Positions 37,386 to 51,800 of a stretch of DNA of 64,000 nucleotides are shown here, piece after piece; position 1 is the stretch's first letter; each line of letters opens with the position of its first letter. This DNA comes from Podarcis gaigeae. Lineage: Eukaryota. The stretch lies in the NCBI GenBank assembly GCA_964106915.2, contig OZ066916.1; one strand, given 5' to 3'. The translations under genes and the position numbers were made by a program. The notes below the pieces were generated by a model. The model was not told the origin of the DNA and did not search any database. It saw nothing but the letters and a program-made list of their open reading frames with translations.

Positions 37386-38549
37386 CAGTGGTGCCTCGCA
37401 AGACGAAATTAATTCATTCCGCAAGTCTTTTCGTCTTGCGAAGCACGGTTTCCCATAGGAATGCATTGAAAATCAATCAATGCGTTCCTATGGAAACCGC
37501 CTTCAGACCAGGTCCAGGGACAGTCTGTCACCCGACCTCTTCTGAAGGCCGGCGGGGGGGCGAAAGTCTTTGCTTCCCCCCGCCTGCCTTCCTGGGACAG
37601 CGGAGACTTCTCCGCTGTCCCGGGGCGATCTTAAAATGCTGGCAGGCGGCAGCGGAAGATTCGCTGCCGTCCCCCAGCATTTTAAAAGCCCCCGGGACAG
37701 CGGAGACTTCTCCGCTGTCCCGGGGCGATTTTAAAATGCTGGCGGGCAGCAGCGAAGCCTTCGCTGCCGCCTGCCAGCATTTTAAAAATCCGGGACAGCG
37801 GAGGACTTCTCCGCTGTCCGGGGCGATTTAAAAGCCCCCGGGAAGGCAGGCAGGGGGGACAAAGACTTTTGCCCCCCGCCAGCCTTCAGAAGAGGTCCAG
37901 AGGGCTCTCCAAGCTGCGGATAGCAGCCTGCTGCCCCGCGCGAGGGGCGCTCTTAAGCAAAGCGCCCCTCGCGCGGGGCAGCAGGCTGCTTTCCGCAGCC
38001 TAGGCGGGAACTCTTCTGAAGGCTGGCGGGGGAGAAGGGCTTTTCTTCCCACCGCCAGCCTTCAGAACAGCCTTCTGAATGTTGGCAGTGGGGAGGAAAA
38101 CCTTCCTCCCACCGCAAGTCTTCAAGACAGGTCCGGGAACAGAGGAGAAGCGCTGCGCACCTTCCCCTCTGTTCCCGGACCTGTCCTGAAGGCTTGCGGT
38201 GGGAGGAGGGCTTTCCTCCCCACCGCCAACATTCAGAATGCTGTTCTGAATGTTGGCGGTGGGGAGGAAAAACCCTCCTCCCACCGCAAGCCCGGGAACA
38301 GAGGAGAAGCCCTTCGCGCCTTGTCCTCTGTTCCCGGACCTCCCACCGCAAGCCTTAGGACAGGTCCGGGAACAGAGGAGAAGGCGCGCTGCGCTTGCCC
38401 GCTGTCCCCGGAGATTTCCCTATGGGCTTTCGTCTTGCGAAGCAAGCCCATAGGGAAATTCGTCTTGTGAAGCCGCTAAAAAATCGGAAAACCCATTCGT
38501 CTTGCGGGTTTTTCGTTTAGCGAGGCATTCGTCTTGCGGGGCACCACTG
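37386..38549. mobile_element. Large non-autonomous Tigger-like element (1164 bp) with GC-rich palindromic internal repeats
   Basis: TA|CAGTGGTGCCTCGCAAGACGAA...TTCGTCTTGCGGGGCACCACTG|TA; ~100-bp units at 37594, 37694, 37792; no transposase ORF. Confidence 0.88.
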
Positions 38550-38845
38550 TAATACTTGTTTGTGTTGACACCCCAGCCACTTGTTTGACAAGCAACTAGA
38601 AAAGAAGGCATGAGGCGAAGGTAGCTAGAAAATGAAATGTTCCCTGAGCTAAGAAACTATGATTGGTGCATTTCTACAAGTAGCCTTCCCTCCTTTCCTG
38701 CTTGACAACAGACTCCTTTGCCTGCTCACCTTCTCTCTGCCAAGCCCTTCTTTTCAAACCAACTTCCCTAGCTTTGCTACTGGTTTACAAAAAAAGATAC
38801 ACTTAAAGGGACCTCCAAATTACTAACATCTACCCAGAACTTTAA

Positions 38846-39209
38846 AGGGACGCAGGTGGCGCTGTGGGTTAAAGCCTCAGCGCCTAGGACTTGCCGATCG
38901 AAAGGTCGGCGGTTCGAATCCCTGCGGCGGGGTGCGCTCCTGCTGCTTGGTCCCAGCGCCTGCCAACCTAGCAGTTCGAAAGCACCTCCGGGTGCAAGTA
39001 GATAAATAGGGACCGCTTTCTAGCGGGAAGGTAAACGGCGTTTCCGTGTGCAGCTCTGGCTCGCCAGATGCAGCTTTGTCACGCTGGCCACGTGACCTGG
39101 AAGTGTCTCCGGACAGCGCTGGCCCCTGGCCTCTTGAGTGAGATGGGCGCACAACCCCAGAGTCTGTCAAGACTGGCCCGTACGGGCAGGGGTACCTTTA
39201 CCTTTACCT
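38846..39209 (+). mobile_element. Sauria SINE, full length
   Basis: GGGACGCAGGTGGCGCTGTGGG head, B-box GGTTCGAATCC, (ACCTTT)n tail, TSD TACCCAGAACTTTA at 38831-38844 and 39210-39223. Confidence 0.93.
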
Positions 39210-40220
39210 TACCCAGAACTTTATGGTGAAAACACAATTCACCTTAGGAGGTTAACATAGTTGTTACACTTATGCAGGGAAACAGAAATAACTTTGAAAA
39301 GGAAACCAAATAAAACTAATATTTTTTATTTCACACTTTAGGGTCTCCCCACACATACACAAACGTTGTTGGGAATTATTTACTTCTAACCGCAATGTAA
39401 CCCCAAACATTTCCAGCTCTATTTAACACAATAGGCAAAACAGCAGTTACTTTGGGGGCTGGTTGGGTGAAGTGATAATGATTCATTTTTGCTTGCTAGG
39501 AAATGTTCAGGGAACAATTTGGTAAAAAGCCTCCCTACTATGGATTGGAGGTGCTGGTTGCTAATGTGGAGTAGATGTAGGGAGAATTTCCTTCAGGGCA
39601 TGCAAAAGCGCCTACAGGGAGGCACTAGTTCATTCAAACTGCAAGCATAGCAGCAGCAATCAAACAGCAGTCATACAAGCTCCCCAAATGCTTGCATGGG
39701 GGCTGCTGCTTAGTGAGAATCAGGCTTCAGGAGTGCAGCAGTCTAACCTGAGAAACAATAAATACGGGCTATATATTTTTACCTTAAGCACTTATTATTT
39801 TTATTTTTTATTAATTTTTTATTGAGAATTTTCAACATAAAATACAATAAAAACCAAGCTAATCTAAAAAAGAGGTAAGAAACAAACCAAAAGAAAAATA
39901 AAGAAAGGAAGAATAAAGAAAAACTAAACCTGCGTGTAATACCAAGCCCTCCATCACAATTATATATTAATCTTTATTTCACACACAGAAGAGTGAGCTC
40001 TCCCTGCTCTCACCTGGGAGCTTCCCCCACTTCCCTCAGCCTCACACCCTGAGGAAACATATCTGGTCTGCCTCTCGTGGAGGTCCTTTTCTCTTCTGTC
40101 CACCACCTTCCTGTGTGTATCTTCATTTATGCCAACTATAAATCTTCAGAGAACCAAACATACATATAGATAGAATGAACAGAGAGCTATCAAGAGTTGA
40201 AAGTGACAGAAAATGCATAC

Positions 40221-40279
40221 CTTAAGGGCTTCTTCGGGAACTCTCATCTCTCCTCTGACTACAGTAAAAAGATTAGTAT
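40221..40279 (-). CDS. CEP170: CEP170 coding exon (59 nt), (D)TNLFTVVRGEMRVPEEALK
   Basis: Not in the ORF track; manual translation; preceded by a non-canonical AC acceptor; donor AAG|gtatgc. Confidence 0.95.
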
Positions 40280-41339
<1,060 letters not shown>

Positions 41340-41871
41340 TTATAGAATCAACCTCACTTGCCCAATAAAAAATTCAGAAAGGATATGTGAATATACAGAG
41401 ATCTGGCTTTATTTAATGCCAACATGCCCTGGGCCTATCATGAATTACTTACAATGAATCTGCTAATGAAATATGCTATAAACTTGCTGTGTTAACACAA
41501 GCTGTTCCCACAATAGCAAGATACCTTTCTCAAAAGATACATGACATTTATGATTTTGTTAGACTGGATCTAGGGTAGAACCCCATGAACTGGATGCTTC
41601 TGTGAGTGGAATGTGGGTGGGGTGGGGTTTTTTTTGGTGTGTGTGTGTTTTGCTGATTCCTGCCTCCATGTGGACGTCAAAGATCTGCTTAAAGTTTAAG
41701 CCCCGCCTTTCTAAAACTGTGGGGTGCTTCACACACAATTTAATATGCCATAAGGGTATAGTGTTTAAAGTAATGATTCTTCATTTCTTTCAACTTAAGT
41801 CTCCATAACAAAGTAATCACAAATATTTGTTCAAGCTGAACTACATCCTGAAAACAGAACCGTCACGTTTA

Positions 41872-41976
<105 letters not shown>

Positions 41977-43274
41977 TTAGAAGATAATATAACATTGTAA
42001 TTTGTATTAATATAAATACGCATTAAAGTAAGGAATTAATAAATCCTAGTTGTTTCAAAGGACACCATAAAGCTAGTAGGAAAAAGTTATGAGACTAATG
42101 TTGTGAAGGGCTTTTAAGGTTAGAGAAGAGAAATTTAACCTGATACAGGGGCTAAAAATAAAAGCCAATGGAATTGTTCAAAAACAGCTGACAGTGATAA
42201 TTACTAGAAAAGCTGTTTATTTTAAAGGCTGAGATTTGCATAATCTGCAGAGAGGTAGTGTGACTATCAGGAAGCTCAGCAAAACAGTGAAAATGGTCAG
42301 ATCTGGAGGGAATAATTCTATAGCTAGCTGTTCTTTTAAAATAGATAACTCAGTAGAAAATAGGAAATATTTGTTGTGTAATAACCTTGAATAGTAATGG
42401 AAACAGGTTTGTGGGCAATAAATTATCTAACAGAAAATCAAGAATACTCTCTAAATAGTATTCTCATCAGTATAGCATGTAGGAAAAGGGTAATGTGAAC
42501 TTGCTTCCACTATTCTCCCAGCTATGAAGATGAATTGAACATACTAAATTTTATTTTTTAAAAAAAAAATCAGTAACTAAACCAGAATTTTTACCCTGCT
42601 GGTGTTAATTTGGAGTACCATATTGGAACAAATTTGGAGACGTTGTCCAACATCCTTAACAGTAGTCTAACCTCCAAATTTTGAAGATTCCCATAACCTG
42701 AGATATGAGCAAGCCTTTATCACATGTGCACAGCCCCTTTGTTTCTCTGCTTTTATGAGCCATGATTAACCAGGAAGCATATGACTAATCACAGCTTATC
42801 TCATCAAACTGTAAAACTTTGGTTACCAGCTTCAGACCAAGACAGGATATTAAATACCCTCAGTTTCCCAAATTGGATGAAAAAAGGAAAGTGAAGACTT
42901 CCTTGTTTGCTCATGCTGCAAAGGGCGAAACAAGGTGCACATGGAAAATGTTTGTTCATATCTTGGCTTATTAAGTTCATCTCATCTGAACCAGTTCTGT
43001 GTCAAATTACTTGTATGAAAACATCAGGTAATGCTCAAAAAAGTAAAGGCTAAGAAGCTTGTTCATATTTCAGTGTATTAAATTGATCGTCTGAACCTGG
43101 CTGAGATTCCTACACAGAGAGTAGAACACGGCAACTATTTTGAGAAACCAACTTTGAATCTGAAATACCCTCAACAGAGATCTATCAGTCATGACTAAGT
43201 TACTTAGCACTAAGCGGCTGACTAGAGTACCATCCCTCTGATCTGGACATAGCTGAATACCTCTATGAAGTGTA

Positions 43275-43736
43275 AATAATAATAATAATAATAATAATTT
43301 ATTTATATCCCCCCCTCCCCAGCCGAAGCCGGGCTCAGAGCGGCTAACAACAGTAAAAATAACACAGTTTACATAAAATCACAATCAATTAATTGAAATA
43401 CATTCTAAAATCAATTCAGAGTCAAATTAATGGCAACCACTGGGCTAGAGTTCTATGAGGATTACAGAAGGAGAGGGTCGGACTGTGCCTTGGCCAAAGG
43501 CCTGCTGGAACAGCTCTGTCTTGCAGGCCCTGCAGAAAGATGTCAAGTCCCGCAGGGCCCTAGTCTCTTGTGACAGAGCGTTCCACCAGATCGGGGCCAT
43601 GGCTGAAAAAACCCTGGCTTTGGTTGAGGCCAGCCTTACCTTCCTGTGGCCTGGGACCTCCAAGATGTTTTTATTTGAAGACCGTAAGGTCCTCCGTGGG
43701 ACATACCAGGAGAGGTGGTCCCATAGGTACGAGGGT
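43275..43736 (-). mobile_element. L2-clade LINE 3' end
   Basis: (TTA)n tail on minus strand; residual ORF2 C-terminus RVFSAMAPIWWNAL...CKTELF. Confidence 0.8.
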
Positions 43737-44574
43737 CTATCAGTGATTCAATAATTTAGAGAAACTAGAAAACAGGATTCTTACTTTATAATTCTAAGAC
43801 TGTAAGTGCCTACCTGAAAAGATGTGTTTAACTGGCAACAGCACAAATCTGCTTGAGTCAAATCTAGCCACCTATAGATCAGACAGATTGATTGCTGCGA
43901 GTTACTCAGACTACACTGCGCTACCCTGATGGTGGCTGCGTGTGCTCACTGAGTGCAGTACTACTAGACTTCCCAGTAGCCTACACAGCTGCCTAGCCTA
44001 ATTTTAACATTCCAGCAGAGACTGGTCACTTAAGATTTTTACAGCTATTTATCCATATTAATAATTTATATTTCTTTGTCGAAGACACTCAGATGTAGGT
44101 AAATGCTTGCTATGGAACACTGCTTTTGATGCCTTACTTAGATGGTGAATCATAATTATAAAAGCTACAAAGATGCTTTTAGTACAGAGGTGATTTTAAT
44201 ACAGAGCATGTTCTACTTTAAACATTTAAGTGGTAGCCAACTTTATTTCACAAAACATGTGAACTAAGATGTAAAAAGATTCAGTTTTGAAGTCATGGAA
44301 AAATGCTATTTTCCTATACTTCCCTCAAAAAAAAAATTTGGGGGGGAAACATTTAAATAGTACTAGGAACATGAAGGGTGGGAGCCAGGGTAGTTGCTCC
44401 ATGAATTGAAGAGTTGCACTTCCGGAACTACCATTAGCCTAGATCTCCTTGCAAAGCTTCCGGACGACAAGTTATTCCAATAATCCAATCAAACATTGAA
44501 GCCATGTCTATAGCACTACTAATCTGTTTTGAAATTTGGAACAAACAGATCTGCAGCAGTGTGTACTGGATATA

Positions 44575-44806
44575 CAGTGGTGCCTCGAGTTACAAATGCC
44601 TCAGGTTACAAACGCTTCAGGTTACTCCACTAACCTGGAAGAGTTACCTTGAGTTGAGAACTTTGCCCCAGGATGAGAACAGAAATCGTGTGCCAGTGGC
44701 ACAGCAGCAGCAAGAGGCCCCATTAGCGAAAGCACACCTCTAGTTAAGAACAGTTTCAGGTTAAGACCTCTGGAACGAATTAAGTTCGTAACTAGAGGTA
44801 CCACTG
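44575..44806. mobile_element. Tigger-like MITE
   Basis: TA|CAGTGGTGCCTCGAGTTAC...GTAACTAGAGGTACCACTG|TA. Confidence 0.87.
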
Positions 44807-44868
44807 TATAACAAAGAGCATTGCTGCATTTTACAGACAAACAGATGTGTAGCCTACAGTCTCTAGTT

Positions 44869-44997
44869 CAGGCATAGGCAAACTCGGCCCTCCAGATGTT
44901 TTGGGACTACAACTCCCATCATCCCTAGCTAACAGGACGAGTGGTCAGGGAGTTGTAGTCCCAAAAACTTCTGGAGGGCCAAGTTTGCCAATGCCTG
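44869..44997. mobile_element. hAT-type palindromic MITE (129 bp); degenerate relative at ~34606-34730
   Basis: TIRs CAGGCATAGGCAAAC...GTTTGCCAATGCCTG; 8-bp TSD CTCTAGTT at 44861-44868 and 44998-45005. Confidence 0.88.
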
Positions 44998-45584
44998 CTC
45001 TAGTTCAAAGGCTTTGAAAAGGTTTCTGTTCGACAAATGCTTAAGATACAATATATCTGCTAGTCTCCATACTGCTACAAAATTAATATATGTACTGTTC
45101 TGGAACTTGCTACTGTGTTAACAAAATTACTTTTTAGAGCAAAGTGTTTCATTATTTTAAAAAAGTGTTTTCAGATTCCATTTTTTTCTATTTCAGGACT
45201 TGAGGAAATTAAAAAATGGGGGAAAGGGCTTAATCCTGATTTTTTCTAGACCTTTACATTTCTATGAGCCTCAAACTTTAATCAGGAATTAATTCACAAC
45301 TATAATGTAACTCAAATATTCTCATATTGCTACCCAATTTCCTGCTTGTCTGAAGGCTAACTCTGTAGACAGAAAGAGAGGTTATGTTCTCACTTCATGA
45401 TCAGAATGGTCCATAGGTCTACATGTTTATTACTCAGCCACATGTCAGACTCATGCCATGTGCACAGGTCCACTAACTGAAGCAAACTAATACTATGCAG
45501 TCACTACAATCCTGCTCCACAGTGTGGAAGAAAGATTAATTTATTAGAGGTTAAGACTGGAGCAGCAAAACACTTAACATTTCA

Positions 45585-45806
<222 letters not shown>

Positions 45807-48800
45807 CTACGTCATCCTGCAATAAGAAACAGATAAAGAGAGAAATATTTAATAGTTATTTTTATCTGAAGTTCTTGTTCCTAATAGTGTTTCTATATTT
45901 TCCAACACAGAGAAGCTGGACAACACAACTAACACATGATTTTCAGATTTATATCAGCTATACGGATTGCTTCACAAACTACCTTTTCATACACAGATGC
46001 AAGGAAATAAACATGCACACCATCATGTGTGAAGGACACTCATCTATTTTTCCACGTATCACACACTGGGAGTCTGCTGCTATCAATCACAGCTGCCCAA
46101 TACATGTTCATAAATATGGTACATGAAAAATGTACACATTTTCCCCACACACTATTGCATTGTGAATAGAGACGGGAAGGCCTGGAAAAGAACCCGGAAA
46201 AATTGGGGGGAGGGGACCGGGACCAGTCGTCCCCCCCCCCCCGTTTTCCCCCCAAAGGCTTTGGAAAAAAACTGAAAGAAACCTAGGTCCCTCCCCCCTT
46301 TTTCTGCCCCCCCAGGCCTTCACATCTCTAATTGTCAACATCATAGCTAGATCATAGCTTAAATTTCTTATTGTTGTGTGGGTGTAGGTGGCATGCATAA
46401 ACATGAGACAGTTTCTCCTTATAGATTATTTCAATTTATAGGGATGAATGAAAGAAGTTCAGTAGCTTTACAAGGCTGTAAAAAAATTGATCATCGGTTT
46501 TCAGTAAGCAGAGGATGTTTTAACAACCTATGGCAAAAAAAAAATTCAAGTAATGATTTCTGCTTCAAGACTTCTCATGCTCCTGAGGATACAATTAAAA
46601 TGCTACCACTCACACACGAGAGAGGTATCAGTACACTTGGGATAGTCCTAAGGTTTGCCAAAACTCCAAAAATCTTTAGTGAAAAAAACCTAAGGAAGGA
46701 AACCCAAAAATAGCTCCGTACAAACTCAATGTCATAGAATGCTTACTGACGAGAGAAAATTTTGGAATGCTGCCTTACTTGAGAAATTGACTAACAATGT
46801 TGTGACTACCAAAGGCAAAACCAAGCCAAGTCTGAAAAAGATGATGGCACCCCATTATTTTGTACACTAAGAGTTCTGGTAAGGGAAATGGAACAAAGTG
46901 GCTAAAGAGGGAGGGAACACACATATAGAGAAGACTCTCTCATTATCAAGGTAGGTCATTTAAAGATTGATGCAGAGACGGAAGAGAGTGCTGCCATAGA
47001 CATCAATGAGAAAATTCAATGTTTTTATATAGGTAGGATTGGGTACAAGTACATCTACCCCACAGTATCCACCAAAATCATATACAAATTGTTGAAACAG
47101 GCCCATGAGAACCGATCAGGCTCAGTCAGCATGCAATGCTGAGTTTTGGATGGGGTAGGGAGGAAAGTTAGTATAGTAGGGATGAAATGGAATGAAATGA
47201 CATTAACCCTGAACAGAAGTGTGCCACATGCTACACTGTTGCTACAGGGGCCATGTGTTTTGCTTACCACCTAGCCTGATTTTGGGACAGCTCAAAATCT
47301 TGCTCACTAGTGTATGGCATTTTGGTTGACCTAATAAAGGTATTCTCCTACTGTGGATTTTGAAACAAATATTGTGCTATAACTTAAAATAGAGCAGAAT
47401 CTAAAAGATCTGGAAGAACTCAAACAGACTATACTTTTAGCGATTGGCAAGATGACAAAACTACTGATAAAAATACAACTAGCAGTGAAACATATTAAAT
47501 TTAAAAAGGTAAATCCAAATAATATTATAAATTGAGATTGAACAGGAAGGTTTTTAAAAATAAACAAACAAACAGAAACAACTAGGTCAGGACTGATTAA
47601 TCAGAGCACTGAAGCAACTGTTGATGAACAGAATAAATTTAAACTCCTGAGAAGGGTTTGTATATTTTTTTGTTCCTGGCAGTCATAGTAGCTTTAGGTA
47701 GCACTTGCAGAGATAAAAGGCTGACAGCAGACTTTAACTTTACTGCTACACCTAGCAATAAGCGAACTGGCAGAATAGTGACAGATTTGCAACCCAGATA
47801 CATATTTTAAACGTCTTCTTAGAACTCTTATCAACCTACTGTATAAAAGCTGGTTGAATGAGAAACCAAGAACACAATCCTATGTATATTTACGATTAAG
47901 TAGGTCACAGTAGTACTTGTGGTCCAATCCACACCGGTTCAGTAAGATTGAACCATAGAACAGGTGGGGAATCTCAGGATCTGGGGCTGAATGCGGTTGT
48001 CTATCAGGCACTTGAACCCTCCCCAGATCACACCTATGTTCCCCTAGGACACACTCCTCCCAGGTACTATGCCTTGTATTTTGCCTGGCTGGAATGTGTC
48101 CTGAAACTGTGCTCATTCTTCTAGCACATGCTTCTAGCACACATGGATGGGCATGTGTGTGTGCACTATGTGGGCATAGGTGCAGGAGTGCTGGATTGGC
48201 TCCACTACCATGCATATACGGCACCAACCTCCTCACCCAGCAGCAACCCCACTGTTGGCAAGCCAGGTTTGTTATATACAAAACCCTGTGACTGAAATGT
48301 AGTCTACTGTACAAAGGTAGGTGTCATATCCATTGCTCTGTCCACTTTTTTGTCCTCAGGCTGAAAAGGTTTCCCCAGTTCTGCCAAGTAGGTTTTAATG
48401 GAAGAGTCGAGTCCATTACCAATTATCAAGTGCAAACATGCATTGCAAGGAAAATACTAGATGGACCACTGTTGTCACTCTACAGAAAATTGAAAATTCT
48501 TAAAAGAGCTGTATTTGGTTCCCTGGTAGAAACAGTAACATAAAAATGCAGGTGACATCACACTGAATTTAAATACCTAACATCAACGCATGCACACTTT
48601 TAATGGAATGTACTAACCTAATAAAAAAGTGTTATATTTTGGCATGTACTGCAGTTTTCATTTGAAGGGAGTTGCACTGTTTTTACAGCTTTGGGAATTA
48701 CATTCTTTAGCTGCTTTGTACATAAATTATTCTATTCAAAAGTGTGTCAAACAGATGATGCAACAGCTGCAAAGCTACCAATATAATCCACATAATTCAG

Positions 48801-51800
48801 AACTTTAACTCCACATTCTGTGGGTGTAACCCAGTTTGGAAAGAACAGTTTCTCTGCCTGCCAATATTTGAGCTAAAATATTATCAATGAAATTATTAAA
48901 ATATGAAAACACTACCACAGAATATGCCCTTGGTTGTGGCTGGGGGTTAGAAACAGCAATTACCCCACTCCCAACACAAATACACATGATCAAAAGTCCA
49001 CAAGCCTTGAAGACAGATGACTTAGTGTCAAGCAGCTGCTCCTATTACTTTAGAGCATTTGGTCCAGCAGAAGCAACATTTAGGACCCTCACCAAAGATC
49101 GAGTTCTACCTAGCACTGAAATGTGTAAAGTAGGCTAAGCTAAATGTCATCTAATCAACTTTACGGCTATATGAAAATCTGAACCTCGGTCTCCATAATC
49201 CAGCACTCTATGCATTATAGGCAATGGCCCGAGTCACTGATGATCGCTTATGCTCTTGTCTGGAGATACCTACAGTTACAGTCAGGAGAGTACCTTTGCT
49301 CATGACTGCAGCAAAGCTAACATGCAAGCTGTCTTCACTCTTGCCCTAGGTAACAAATGGCAGAAGACAGCTTGTCTCTAGCCCTACAGCAGTCAGGGGC
49401 AAACATAAAAGCATGGCGATATCTAAATAAAAATAGGTAAACTGTTACCCACAGAGTATTCTGGGTATACGTGACTGCTTCTAATGACCCATAAACTGAC
49501 TACCCTTCAGTTTGACTGGTGTGCAGCCCTTGCTGGTAATGACTAGCTTCAACAAAACTTACACAATTGCAGATCTGTTCCAATTTGAATCACATGCCAG
49601 TACAACTATCTAGAAAGGCAGGAGTGAGGGAGAAACATGTTTATGAGTTTTTATTATATTAGGCAATATTTAGCTGATGCAAGTACTGAGTAAGAATGCA
49701 TATTTCTTTTACGAAGTAGTTCAGAAAAAGACTCTTCTCAAGGCAAATTTTAACACTAGCCCATTTATTGAATTGTAACGCACACCGAGAGCATATGAGA
49801 ACACACCCGACATCTGTTTTGAAGTATCTGGTTTTTTTCAATTATAGTTGACATCTCCTTTTGTTTACTGCTCTCATGACAAAGACTTCATCATTGACCA
49901 ATTATTTAAATGTATCCCATTTCATCTCTTAAGACCAACTCAAAGCCTATTGCATTCTCAGCTCTGCCTAAATTATTCAAGACCTGATTTTTTAAAAGCC
50001 TTAATTGGTAGATCTGCATCTTGAGATAAATGAAAGTGAACATAAAAGGAAGAGGCACCTAAGACTTAGACCTGATACATGCATAGACATTATTTGGGAT
50101 TTAGGGACCAATAGGCCAAGGGATTGCAGCTTATCCCACTACTCAACCTGGTCAGCTAGTTGCTAATTCATGCACTGCCTTTATTCAGTTCTGTGGTATG
50201 CATGTGTGTTACTATTACCAAAACAAGTATACATAGAAAGGGGGAGATAGAAATGGTAAGGATGCATGATCTTGCAAACTCATTATAACTGCCTAAATTC
50301 ATCATGCTTCTCTCGGGCCTTGATGTCAATTTTTTGAAATAAAGATCATGCTCAATTTGAAAACTAATTTTAGTTCATGGATAATCTCTGATCACTTCTT
50401 CAAAGCAGAATTTGGTACTTGCACAAGCAGATAGGAAACTTAAAATAATACTGTTCATAACTATGTAAATTCTAGTTATGCAACACAGATTTGTTACTTA
50501 TTACTAGCTTGTTTGCCAAATAATTTATATCTATCTAAATAAAAAAAGTATCAATATTAATCACCAGCAAAATCTCACATACCCTGTTAGTTTGCCATTA
50601 CGAATATTTTTCACCTTGTAGGCTGATATGAGTTCACAGTATATCCAACTTTCCCCGATTTACCTTACCCGAAATACTTATCTCAATAATACTGAAAACA
50701 CCTTAGAATGGATATCACTTTCATCAGTATTTCCCTGCTCAAGTTCGTAAGGTCAAGATTATGTCTTTAATTCTTTTCATCCACTTATATGCTACTGCAT
50801 CTAAAGGTAATCAGATTACTGCATGCACGTTGTGCCATGCAATGGCATAATAAGCTTTCTTCCAATTGCCCAAGGTACATTTCCACCTGATCTCTCATTG
50901 ACAGGACTAGATTATGTTTCTTCTATCAAATTAAACAAATATACAGGGATTTTCATAACTTAATTTCTTTTGCACCAAATGCATGTATCCACTAATATTC
51001 CTCAGTAATATAGGAACAGTGTTTTTGAATTTATTTTGAGGTTCTTTTCTTTCATTTCCCTTCCAGTTTATCTGATATGCATTGGCCTCAATCCACCTGA
51101 CACATATTTGGGTTTTTTTAATTCCCACACCAAGTACCCTGGACAGTATGGACAAACAATCTATAATTGAAGAATTGAGATGATGCACCAGACACCCCAT
51201 AGCACCTACTTCTACACTGCCTTGGTCTGAAGATGTGGCTTTTACATAACCCTTGAAGTCCTAACAATTATTCTCCTGAAGCGTCACCCACTCCTGCTCC
51301 ACATTGATGCATGAGTGTGTAACTGAAGAATAGAATACGGGCGCTTAAGAAATTGCAAAAAGCTCTCACAGGGGAGGCAGAATCACGGGAAGATCTGCCA
51401 GTCTTGTCAAGGCTTCAGATGATTCCAAGCCTTTGTTCAGACACCTTCTCAAGAACAGCCAGCAGGGCCCACTGGGAGCTGCCCAGGGTCCTGATTTACC
51501 TTACCTTATCCCAACTATGATTGGTATTCTTTACTTCTTTCTCTGAAGGCCCCAAGACCAAGAAGAACAGGATAATCAGGCATCAAAACCCTTCTCACGT
51601 TGTAGGTGTAGAACCCCAATGCTTAACTGAACCAGACACATCTGATACCCCATGTCATGTTTTCTTGGCTTTGGCCCAGATACAAGCTTCGAGAGCTTGT
51701 AATACTCACCCCTCAAGGAAGTGCTGAGCACTGCAGCCCTGCTCCCCAATAAATCTACTGTGGGGTTAACTCCTCCTCCACCAGCAGTTTTCTTTTGCAA

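Noticed and set aside
37388-38611. Cluster of overlapping ORFs
   Set aside because: Stop-poor GC-rich repeats inside a non-autonomous transposon; no transposase motifs
38846-38930. tRNA-like A/B boxes (also ~11070-11153)
   Set aside because: Heads of Sauria SINEs, not tRNA genes
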